Below the pieces are notes generated by a model. That model had not been told where the DNA came from. It saw nothing but the letters and a program-made list of their open reading frames with translations, and made no database searches. From assembly GCA_951406725.2 (NCBI GenBank), contig OX597818.1, positions 43,524,001 to 43,588,000 of the forward strand: a stretch of DNA of 64,000 nt, written 5' to 3'. Position 1 is the stretch's first letter. The number at the start of each line of letters is the position of its first letter. The translations under genes and the position numbers were made by a program. Below are positions 15,001-27,700 of the stretch, piece by piece. This DNA comes from Octopus vulgaris (lineage: Eukaryota).

Positions 15001-18000
15001 TGTACAACAAGTAGCAGTGCTTTGAATACAATTTGTATTTAAACGATGATTACATTGCTGTATATTCATTATTTACTTCTATATTTTGTTGCTATTATAC
15101 AAAAGTGTCGTAAGTCCAAAACGTTGCCTTTTCAGAAAATGAAAAAAATAGTTTCACCATTCCATAGCAAAACTGTTGTACTACACTTTGACAACTTTTG
15201 ATATCTTGGCATCTGAAGTAGCTGGAGATACAATAATTTGACCAAAAGAACTGACTATTGGAAGCAAAACAAAAAAAAGAGCATTTGGACATCTGACAGA
15301 TTAACCCTTTAATATTCAGAGTACTCCATCAAATTTAATGCTTTTTGGTTCACACTGTTTTGAAGTAATCATGCATTATCTTGAAGCTTTAAGATTTTGA
15401 TGATGTGGTTGCTTATTTTTAGAATGACATTGTAGGGTAGGTGTGAGAGGCTGAATATGGCCAGTCTGAACATAAAACAAGTAGAATATTTGGGCCGGAA
15501 ACGGACGGTTTAAATACTAAAGGGTTAACATAATAGCTATGATTTATTTCAAAAACTAATCTAGTATAGATAAAGATTCTGCTTAAGTTTATCTGTATAG
15601 TTCAGTAGTTCATCTTCTTTGGTATTAGAAATGGTATTCAGCTAGATTCAACATAGATGTTAAATTTCTTAATTTCCAGCTACATCTGTCATCTGTAACC
15701 AAATGTTAATTTCTTGCTGAAGTTTGAGTTAGATATCTTTCAAGATGCTTACATAATTATTTGATATATATTTTTGTAATATAAAATTTCTTAATAGTTG
15801 GTAACTTTAAAGGTACAAAATTATTTAACATTTTCTGGTAAGTGTTAGACACATACAGCCTTTTATAGCACCCATGGGTATCTGCTGTATGCATTTTGTA
15901 TTTAAAATGAATATTTTGTTTTTAAAGTATATTTATATTATTACTGCAGTTCTTACTTTACATAATGTTTATTTTTAAATATTTCAGGGGTCTGCAGCCT
16001 CAAATATCAAAAGCTCTCTTACATTTTCATATGTGTCTTAGTAACAATGGCTCTACTTCTATGACATTATCAAGATCATCCCAAGGAATTTTACTGATCA
16101 CAGGTGCCACTGGAAGTGGGAAAACTACTCTTGCTTCAGCTATTTGTAAAGAATTACTGGAGCATCCCACACTAGCATACCCTCTTATTATATCTTGTAA
16201 ATCTCTTGTTGGTATGTTATTTAACTTTATACTGCAAATACAAAATATTTCAATAATTTATTTACTGTTTTATTTTTAACTTCAGTAATTTATTTCTCAA
16301 AAATTAATTATGAATATTTATTAAAATCAAATATGAATTTTTATTAAAATGATATAATTGAATGCTGTGAGTTATATTTCTCTTTCAATTTTTATTCAGT
16401 AAACACTAAATTCTTTGAGTGTTATTTATTAATTTGCACCTATGTTTTACCGCTGTAATTTCCTTACTGTTGTTTTAAAAATTCTCATTTTACTTCTGCT
16501 TGCTAGGTAAAAAGATATCTAGCATCCGTACCTTTCTGGAACAGCAGTTTGAAGAAGCTACTTGGAGACAACCTGCTATTGTGGTATTAGATGACCTTGA
16601 CTGCTTATGCAGTCGAGACACAGATATAGATATGGATCCCTTGGAAAACATTCGAATTTCATCTGGTATATTACTTATGACTATCTATAAATTAATTGGC
16701 TAAGGAAAATCTATTTAAAGAAACTATGATTTCCATCCAACTTTTTATAGCTATAATTAAATTTTGTACTTGATTAAGGTTCATAAATTTTAAGATAAAA
16801 TAAACTTGTATTAAGACTTTTATGATTACTTTATTTAAACAAATGAACTAATTATAGAAAAGAAATCAATCTGTAGAAAAAAATATTCATTCCATTTCTC
16901 TACAAATATTTCTCAATTGTTTTGTCAATGTTTTGTATTGACAAAAGCTAAGAGGACTGATGGAAATAATGTGGAAAGAAGTTGAGACCCAGAAAGAAAT
17001 GGCTAAAGATGATAGAAAAAGAAATGAAGGGAAGGGAGAATTGATAAGGGGATATATAAAGGATGGAGTAAAATAGAGAAGATTATCATAGGGTCTGTGA
17101 ATCTAATCTTGCTTTAGTAAGAGGACTTAAAATATTGGTCTATGTATTTGTAGGATGGAAACATATGTTAGCTTTGAATGTCTTGCAATCTAGACCTCCT
17201 TTTTTAAACTTGTGTTTTAGAGTTCTCTTTATATTAAATACACAAAAACCTAAATGATGAAATGTATGCATTATTCTTGTAATGGTTTTATTTTATTGAT
17301 AAAAGTTATGTATTTCTTTTATTTGTCTAATTGTTACAGTTGTCTGCGACATGCTGAAGAAACTGTTGATATCTCATTCCTCTGTTGGTGTGATAGCTAC
17401 TAGTGAATCTAGGATGTCTCTTCACCAAAAGTTAATATCATCACGTGGCACACATTACATACAACTGACTATCAACATCCCATACCCTGAACAGGTGAAA
17501 TATTTTCCTAAATCATACTTAAGATTTTTGTAACCCATCACAAAAAGTTAAAATGTGTGTGTGTAGCATCATTGGGTCAATGTCATATATAAAAGATGAG
17601 AGTAACTGATGTTTCATGAAATTACACCATAATTGCATAGTTTACTCATCAGGTGTTTAAGCAACTTATGACTGAGATAAATCTCTCAGGTAATTACCTA
17701 AACCAATTCCTCACCCTACACCATACTCATAATACACTCTATTTTCTAATTTCTTCTATTTTTATTCAAAACAGTTGTACATTGTTTGTACTCCTTATTT
17801 CTTTATTGCCCACAAGGGGCTAAACGTAGAGGGGACAAACAAGGACAGACACACGGATTAAGTCGATTACATCGACTCCAGTGCATAAATGGTACTTAAT
17901 TTGTCGACACCAAAAGGATGAAAGGCAAAGTCGTCCTCAGCGGAATTTGAACTCAGAACATAACAGCAGACGAAATACCTATTTCTTTTACTACCCACAA

Positions 18001-18259
18001 GGGGCTAAACCCAGAGAGGACAAACAAGGACAGACAAACAGATTAAGTCGATTATATCGACCTCGGCGGAATTTGAACTCAGAACGTAGTGGCAGACGAA
18101 ATACCGCTAAGCATTTCGCCCAGCGTGCTAATGTTTCTGCCAGCTCGCCGCCTTCTACACGTGATGAGTAAATTGTACAATTATGACCTAATCTTGCTAC
18201 ATTATTCATAGTATATTCTGTCCATTATATTATACTATATATATATATGTATGTATGTA

Positions 18260-18292
<33 letters not shown>

Positions 18293-20398
18293 ATTTATTC
18301 AATAAACGTTGAATTAGCTATATTCTCATAACTTTTAATATATCATGAATGTTTTGTATATGATGAGTTTAATGTAGAAGGGTTGAAGTATAGCAGTCAT
18401 TGTCTACAGTCTGCTATGAGAGTCAGTGTCCAGGTCCAATGACAAGAAAGCCTGATCCAAGGTTGCCAGTGATGTCTAACTGGCTCCTGTGCTAGTGGCA
18501 CATAAAAAGCACCATTCAAGCATGGTTGGTACCTGTGCCGCCTGACTAACCTGACGGCACATAAAAAGCACCCACTACACTCTCAGAGTGTTGGTATTAG
18601 GAAAGGCATCCAGCTGTAGAAACTTTGCCAGATCAGATTGGAGCCTGGTGCAGCCTCCTGGCTTGCCGGTCCTCAGTTAAACTGTCCAACCCATGCCAGC
18701 ATGGAAAGCAAATGTTAAACGATGATGATGATGATGTTTCTAGTCACATTTTAAGTATAATTATTATTTTGTTTTGTATTTCTAGAAAACCAGAGAAGAA
18801 ATTCTTGAAAGTTTGTTAGAATCAAATTTAGCTGTTCATTCAGATGTTAGAAAACAGATTGATTTGAAGAAAATAGCTGCAAAGGCTGAAGGCTTTGTGG
18901 TTCAAGATTTAAAGAAAATTGTCAACCGAGCCATTCATTCACATTTACAACAAAAGCAGTCTGGTAAGTGACTTGTAATGAGATACTCATATCTACATGG
19001 CTGAAACAGCTGTAAGATGTAGTTTATATTTAATGAGATACTCATATCTACATGGCTGAAACAGCTGTAAGATGTAGTTTATATTTATATTATCTAGTCA
19101 GTATTTGAACCCTAAATATAAACTGACCATATGCATCCCAAATATTCTACTTGTTTTATGTTCAAACTGACCCGATCCAGCCCCTCACTCTCAAGCTACA
19201 ATGTTATTCTAAAAATAAACACAACATTGAAATTTTTAAGGTATGAGATAATGCATGATAATCCAGAACAATGTGAATAAATAAGCATTATATTTGACAT
19301 AGTAGTTGTATGAATGCTAGAGAGTAAATTCATATTTTTAGCAAGTAATATGATTACAAAATAATAAAAACAGATAAAATGAATATGCTTTCATTCAAAA
19401 ACATATTTTTGTTCTATGAACTGGCTTTGCACTCATAACTTTTGACATATAATGAAATCCTTTTGAGCAAGGAAGATATCTTTGGCAAGATTTCTATAGC
19501 TGGATGCTCTTCCTCACACCAGCAACTTCACAGAGTATATTGGCTGCTTTTTTTAATAGCACCAACACTTGTGGGGTCACCAAGTAATATGCAAGATAAG
19601 ACCCTTTCACACACACACATGCATACACATACACGATAAATGAATTGATATATGGAATTAGTTTTAAATATTTAACGATTTCATGGTCTCCTGACTATTG
19701 TTTTGCTTCTCACTTAAGTTTTATCTGTAACCTTTCTTCATGACAGGTACTATGTGTCTACTCTACAGCAAGACACCTCTCCTTGTCCCTCTATGCTTAC
19801 AACTGGCTCTCAACTAATCTCTCAACTAGCACAAGTCCACGACCTCTCAGTACTACTTCCCCCACCACTGCCAGTCAAGGAGTTTTGTCATGCAAGTTGG
19901 TTGATGATCCTGTCAGTGCTGTTGACATTAGGAAGGTTATCCAGCCATAGAAACCATGCCAAAACAAACGATGGAGCCTGGTGGAGTTCCCTGCCTTACC
20001 AGATCCTATCAAACTGTCCAACTCATGCCAGCATGGGAAACAGACATTAAATGATGATGATGACTAAAAATAATAACGATAAAATTCCCCTTTATAAACC
20101 TTGTGGAATTGAAAAGAAATACTTTCAATTTGTGGTTATACTACTTATCACTTGCTTTTCCTTTCTGGTACAAACCAAGCAAGAATACTTACTCTTTTAC
20201 TTGTTTCAGTCATTTGACTGTGGCCATGCTGGAGCACTGCCTTTAGTCAAGCAAATCGACCCTAGGACTTATTCTTTATAAGCCTAGTACTTATTCTATC
20301 GGTCTCTTTTGCCAAACCACTAAGTTACGGTGACGTAAACACACCAGCATCGGTTGTCAAGTGATGTTGGGGAGACAAGCACAGACACACAAACATAT

Positions 20399-20447
<49 letters not shown>

Positions 20448-21704
20448 TACGATGGGCTTCTTTCAGTTTCCGTCTACCAAATCCACTCACAAGGCTCTGG
20501 TCGGCCCGAGGCTATAGTAGAAGACACTTGCCCAAGGTGCCACGCAGTGGGACTGAACCCGGAACTATGTTGTTGGTAAGCAAGCTACTTACCACACAGC
20601 CACTGCTATGCCTATTTTCCTATGATTTAGTTTATCGTAGTCATCATCTGTAAAAATTTATTTTTTTATTGATATTCATTTGTCTAAACGACCACTATTT
20701 TAGTAATATTTTTTATCAGGTTTTTAAATAGAATTAATATTTAAATTTCAGATTACAGTGAATCATATTCCAGGTTACAACTAGACTTGTCCCAGTTACA
20801 ACTTAAACAAGAAGATTTTGACCAAGCTTTCATTGATTTCTCTCCCCTATCCTTACGTGGTATTGAACTCCATGACAGTGAAGCATCTGGATGGTCTGAT
20901 GTTGGTGGTCTGGATGATGTGAAAAGTCTGCTTATGGAAACGTTTGTTTGGCCATCTAAGGTGAGCCTATATATGTTTTTAGTATATTTGGTTGTGCCAA
21001 AGACATTGGAAATGAACAGATTAAAAGAGAAGAATGGATCCTGACACAAAAGTCACTAGCTGAAAGTGTGTTACCTGCAGTATGATGTACCTCTTAAGCA
21101 ATGCATGTTATACTCTTAGCCTTGATCAATCTCACTGAAAACGGATACTATTTGCTCTTCAAATGTAAATGATTAACATGAGAAATGGTAGCCCTGAAAT
21201 GTAAATCCTAACAAAAAGTAAGACCAATATTAAAACAGGAAAAGAACAAAAAAACCCCTTAAAATTAACTTTTTAACAATGAATTTGACTCTGTAGCTCC
21301 ATATGATAGCTGCTATATTCAGTTATCCGGCCATGAAAATGACCATTAATCAAAGGGAAATTACTGTGTGATTGACCGTTATTAAAACAAAAGAGCTATT
21401 AGAATGACCGCTAAGTGAGGGGAGGGAGTAAAAATAGTATTCATGTAAGCACGCATGTCCATACATGCACATTTGCACCCGCACACCCATGTACATGTGC
21501 CTATAAGTATATATATATATTTAAGTAGGTGAATGAATTGTCCTATGTTTATCGTCAGCATGGAAAATTCGTTTAACCGAAACCTGGGTAGCAAATTCCT
21601 GTGGAATGAAAACATGCTGTCTTCGAAACATGTGTCGAGAGTAAAGGAATTTTGTTAACATTTTCGTTCGACTCCATTCTTTCATTTATTCATATATATA
21701 TATG

Positions 21705-21764
<60 letters not shown>

Positions 21765-24700
21765 CATATATATATATACATACATACATATATAGTGAAG
21801 GTGCATGGCTCAGTGATTAGAGCGTCGAGCTTACGATTGTGAGGTTGTTAGTTAGGTTCCCGGACCGCGCTACGTGTTGTATTCTTGAGCAAGACACTTT
21901 ATTTGATGTTGCTCCAGTTCACTCAGCTGTAGAAATGAATTGTGACATCACAGGTGCCAAGCTGTATCGGCCTTTGCCTCTCCCTTGGATAACACTGATG
22001 GCGTGGAGAGGGGAGGCTGGTATGCATGGGCGTCTGCCTGTCTTCCATGAAAGCAACCTTGCTTAGACTTGTGCCTGAGAGGGTAACTTTCTAGGTGCAA
22101 TCCCATGGTCAGTCATGACTGAAGGGGGTCTCAGCATATATATATATGTTATATAAATAAATTGTGCTTATGATTTTGTCCATCAGCATTCATCATCATC
22201 ATTTAGCGTCCGCTTTCCATGCTAGCATGGGTTGGACAGTTCAACTGGGGTCTGTGAAGCCGGAAGGCTGCATCAGGCCCAGTCTGATCTGGCAGTGTTT
22301 CTACGGCTAGATGCCCTTCCTAACGCCAACCACTCCGTGAGTGTAGTGGGTGCTTTTTACGTGCCACCCACACAGGTGCCAGACGGAGCTGGCAAACGGC
22401 CACGAACGGATGGTGCTATTACGTGCCACCGGCACGGGGGCCAGGCAAGGCTGGCAACGGAGACGAACGGATGGTGCTTTTACGTGCGTGTCCGTTGCAC
22501 ACGTACGCGTATGCGCACTTACAGGTTCGCGCATGCGCATGTGCACATACACATTCGTGCATGCGCATATACACGTTCGTGCATGCACATGCACACGTAC
22601 GCGCATGCGCAGGCACATGCGCACTAACACGTTCGCGCATGCGCAAGCAAACGTTCGCGCATGCGCACGCACACGTAAATATAACAATATAACAAAGAAT
22701 TTAGTAAAATAACTTAGTTATCATTAAGCTAGTGTTAGGAACATAAATTGTGGCTAAGGTTTGGTGGAAGATTTTAATTCAAAACTTATAAAAACGTTCG
22801 CGCATGCGCACGCACACCTACGCGAATGCGCATATGCACGCATACGTACGCGCATGCGCAAGCAAGCGTTCGCGCATGCGCACGCACAAGTATGCGCAAG
22901 CAAACGTTCGCGCATGCGCACTTACACGTTCGCGCTTACGCACGTACGCGCATGCGCGTGCATACGTTCGTGCATGCGCACTCACACGTTCGCACATGTG
23001 CACGCACAAGTACGCGCATGCGCAAGCAAACATTCGCACACTCACACGTTCGTGCATGCACACGTTCGCGCATGCGCACGCACAAGTACGCGCATGCGCA
23101 CACACACGTACGCGCATGCGCACGCACAAGTACGCGCATGCGCACTTGCACGTTCGCGCATGCGCACTTGCACGTTCGTGCATGCGCAAGCACACGTACG
23201 CGCATGTGCAAGCAAACGTTCGCGTATGCGCACTTACACGTTCGCGCATGCGCACACACACGTACGCGCATGCGCACGCACACGTTCCTGCATGCGCACG
23301 CACAAGTTTAGATGTTTTCTTATCTATTTAGTAAATATCCTTCAAAGTGTTTTCTTCTGTTTCTAAATATTTTCAGTATCCAAATTTGTTTTGCAAATGT
23401 CCAATTCGAAGACGAAGTGGAATATTGTTATTTGGTGCACCAGGTACCGGAAAAACATTAATTGTTGCAGCTCTGGCCAAAGAGTGCCGAATGAATTTTA
23501 TAACAGTTAAAGTGAGTCTTTTGTATTCTTTAAACAAACAGAGAACTTTAGATATAAAATTATTTTACCACTGCTACTTAGAACCACTGACAAAGACTTG
23601 TAATTTTTATAGTTTAAATGAAAGTCTCTTTGAAAGAGGGCAAAAATTGCATAAACAGAATATCAACCAAACTAATTTTACAAAACTGCTACTATTTTCC
23701 ATAGATACCGCTATTTACCATCCATGAATCTAAAAAGACTATAGACTCTCAGAAATTTAATGATGTTAAATTGAGTTTATTGAACATATATAAGTAACTA
23801 GGCAAACAACTGCAAAATAACATGTGGTAAAAAGTATTCCCCAATATGTTGCTTCTTTTATGAGAGTTTCTTTAGCATTATAAAATTTGTGTGCCTCTTT
23901 CAACATTTCTTTCAAATGCCATAGATGTCCACAACCTAGGTAATTAAATTTATTATTCTATAGAAAATATTTCACTATAAGTTTATAAGAAAGTTCTATA
24001 TCTCTCTAAGCATGTTCATTTCCTTTACAAAATTTCTACTTTATTGACAAATCCTATTTTATGATATGAACATTAAGATATTACATTTAAGTACTTCTTT
24101 TGCTTCACAATTAAATCACTAAATCTCATTTATTGATCTGTTCTTGCTTTTACTAAAACACTTTGCTCCTCAAATTTGTCAAAAGAGGAACGATTCGGTT
24201 TGCTGAATTGTTCCTTTGGTTTGCTTCTACTGAAAGAACTACAGAAATTTTAATGTGATTTTATAAAATTTTGATCTGAATTATTGAAATAATTTTTTTA
24301 TTTATTTATTAGGGCCCAGAGCTTCTAAATAAATATGTAGGTGCCAGTGAACAAGCTGTTCGAGATACGTTCAATCGGTTAGTTTGCAAATTTTTTAGAT
24401 TTAATAAAGCTATACTCTTATTTCTTCTATCGTATTTTTCATTTAATAATGTGCATAAATGTTTTGTTTTCTTCTGTAGATTTTAGTAATTAAGCATTGA
24501 AACATTTATAGGAATAAGAATAAACTATTTTATTTTGTGTTAGAATTTGATTTAGGTAACTTATTTGATTATTTTCTGTGCACCATCCACATGTAATGGG
24601 TCTTGAATAATTAATATTTTTACTTAGAATTTATATATATTTATATATGTACACTTAGAATTTATATATGTATTTTTAATGAAAAAAAATGGAAAAAAAA

Positions 24701-27700
24701 AACTTAAGCTGTTTTGTTTGTGTTTCCAGTGCCAGGAAAGCTAAACCATGTATCATCTTTTTTGATGAATTCGACTCTTTAGCTCCAAGGTAAATTTTTT
24801 TATCTCATTCTAAATTTTATTTACATGTCATTAATCATAATTACTTATATTTTTTATTTCAATTTATTTCTGTTCTCATTTCTTCATTCTTTTTGATTTT
24901 AAATTTTATCCACCTCCTAATTGTCAGCTTTTTCTTGCATCTAAGAATTTTGATTTCTTATTGAAAAAAAAAATATCAGCAGGAATAAATACTAATGGCA
25001 TGAATTTGTTTATGAGGGATCTCAACTATCCAGGGAGTGACCAACATTCTAGTTCATCTTCTGTATCACGTGGAATGAAACAGACAGTATCAAGTGATTA
25101 AACTGCAACAAACTCAGTTGTAGTCTTGAGTGGTACCAGACCAATTGGTCTGCTACCTCCTTAGCAGTAAAGGTTGCTTTCTTTTACTTGTTTAAGCATT
25201 ATTCATATCAAGCATAATTGTTGTACACCTCTGTTTGCTCTATCATTGGGGCCTTGAAATGAAGTTGGTCGTAATCAAAGAACCCCATTTCTTTGGCCTT
25301 ACTGCCATGGGTGGTCCTAACAGTCGTACTAGACTCTCAATGGCATTGCTCTCAAAGTCATTGAACCGCACAAACCCTCCTCCATGACGAGGAAAAACTC
25401 AGAATGACCTCCACTTGCTAATACTGGGTCATTAATATGAAGAACCAATTCCAAAATTTTATTTCTTAGTTTTCAACATTTATTCACATCATATCTCTGA
25501 GTATCTGTATTTTTTTTTTTAAATCAATTAATTATTTCAGCAAAAATTTTTACTCAATATTTCAAGACAAAATCAAGCACATCCCAGATTACATTATTCT
25601 CCAATATTGCCTTGTTTAGTTTTTATACTAGTTTCAACACTGCAATTTACACAGATGCATTATATCATCATCATCATCTTTTAACGTCCGCTTTCCATGC
25701 TAGCATGGGTTAGACGTGTGACTGAGGGCTGGCGAACCAGATGGCTGCACCAGGCTTCAATCTTGATCTGGCAGAGTTTCTACAGCTGGATGCCCTTCCT
25801 AATGCCAACCACTCCAAGAGTGTAGTGGGTGCTTTTATGTGCCACCGGCATGGGGCCAGTCAGGCGGTACTGGCAACGACCTTGCTCGAATCTTTTACAC
25901 ATGCCACTGGCGCGGGTGCCAGTAAGGCGATGCTGGTAACGATCACGCTCGAATGGTGTTTTTTACGTGGCACTGCCACGGAGGACAGATAGCCGCTCTG
26001 GCAACGATCACGCTCAGATGATGCTCTTTCATCATCATCATTTAACGTCCGCTTTCCATGCTAGCATGGGTTGGACGGTTCAACTGGGGTCTGGCAAGCC
26101 CGAAAGCTGCACCAGTCCAGTCAGATCTGGCAGTGTTTCTACAGCTGGATGCCCTTCCTAACGCCAACCACTCCGAGAGTGTAGTGGGTGATTTTATGTG
26201 CCACCGACACAGGTGCCAGACGAGGCTGGCAAACGGCCACGCTCGGATGGTGGTTTTTTTTATGTGCCACCGACACAGGTGCCAGACGAGGCTGGCAGAC
26301 GGCCACGCTCGGATGGTGTTTTTATGTGCCACCGACACAGGTGCCAGATGAGGCTGGCAAAAGGCCACGATCGGATGGTGTTTGTTACGTGCCCACAGCA
26401 CGGAGGCCAGTCGATGCGGTACTGGCTACGGCCACGTTCGGATGGTTTTCTTGTGTATGTATAAATTTTAAATTAGGTAAACCAGCAATATTTTTATCAT
26501 CAATAAAAAGGGAAATTCTCTTCATATTTTACTAAACAAATTTGTGTATAAACAGCAAAAGGAAAATGATGCTGAAATTATGTTGCCTTTGTTATAGATG
26601 TACAGTTGACAATGCTGTCTAGATTTAGAAACAGTCAGATACTTCAAAGTTGGTTGAGGTATTGTTGCCAAAATATCAAAGTGCATTGATGCAATTGGAG
26701 GGCAGTTCAAGTTGAGATTAAAGATTTCTCAGCAACATCAATCTCAAAAAGACAACAAAAAAGATTTTTTTTATTTTTATTTTTACCAATTTCCTTTGTT
26801 ATATCATACCTAGTGAGTTTTATTTAAATACCATGAATAATTTAGAAGTTTGTCCAGAAGAGATATATTTCTTCATTTTTGTTTTTTTTAACAATTGGTA
26901 TTAAATGTCACATATGAAAGGAAATGAATTTTTAAATGAACCTGATAACTACTTCCCAATAAACTTTTATTTTTCTCATTGTAGGCGTGGCAATGATAGT
27001 ACAGGCACTACTGATCGTGTAGTAAACCAACTACTAACTCAACTGGATGGAGTGGAATGTCTTGAGGGTGTGTCATTTTCTTCATTCAGCTTTGTTTATA
27101 ATTCTTCATTAAATTTTTAAGATCATGTTGAATTCAAGAACCTATTTACATAATTATTGATCCAAGATATCTAACTAGTGCTTTACTTAAAACTTCAATA
27201 ACTATGCTTACTTTTGCATCTATAGTGCATTATATTAACAGAAATATATGTGAAATTTTTAATTAGATTACATAAAAACGTTAATAATTGTTAATGTCTG
27301 TGTCTCTATAGTAGGTAAAGTTTGAAATTTTTGAGGTTAACTTTACCTTTCATCATTTTTTGGGGAGGATGGGTTCTATTAATAAATTTACCTTTCTAAG
27401 GCAGTGGATTGGTGAAACTTTAAGAATTTTGAACTGGATGCCTTGCAGTATTTATTCCAGCTCTTTGCATTCTGAGTTCAAATCTTGCTACAATCTATCT
27501 GGGTGGTAGACTTAACTCATAATCCAATTTAAGACTACCACCTAACACCCTGTGTTTCTTTAGCAGAGTTCACTTTGGTGTTAGCATTTGAGCTAAGTTT
27601 TCAATTTGAGAATATCTTCTTCCTTCTTTCTCCCTAATCTCAGACACTGCCCTCTCTCCAAACTAAAATATTTTAAAAATAAGAAAAGAGCAAAATAATT

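Noticed and set aside
16507-16665. Degenerate D1 Walker B (DD instead of DE)
   Set aside because: Normal for the PEX1 D1 domain; not novel
22232-23366. Many overlapping 100-200 aa ORFs (HAHA/RMRT/ACA-rich) on both strands
   Set aside because: Stop-free readings of a near-palindromic low-complexity satellite inside a PEX1 intron
26190-26450. Regularly spaced repeats resembling a CRISPR array
   Set aside because: The intervening sequences are themselves repeated, the context is eukaryotic and there are no cas genes; these are LINE UTR modules
25741-26535. Recurrent peptide family [26 protein letters not shown]
   Set aside because: Translations of the multi-copy RTE 3'-UTR repeat; frames and stops vary among copies
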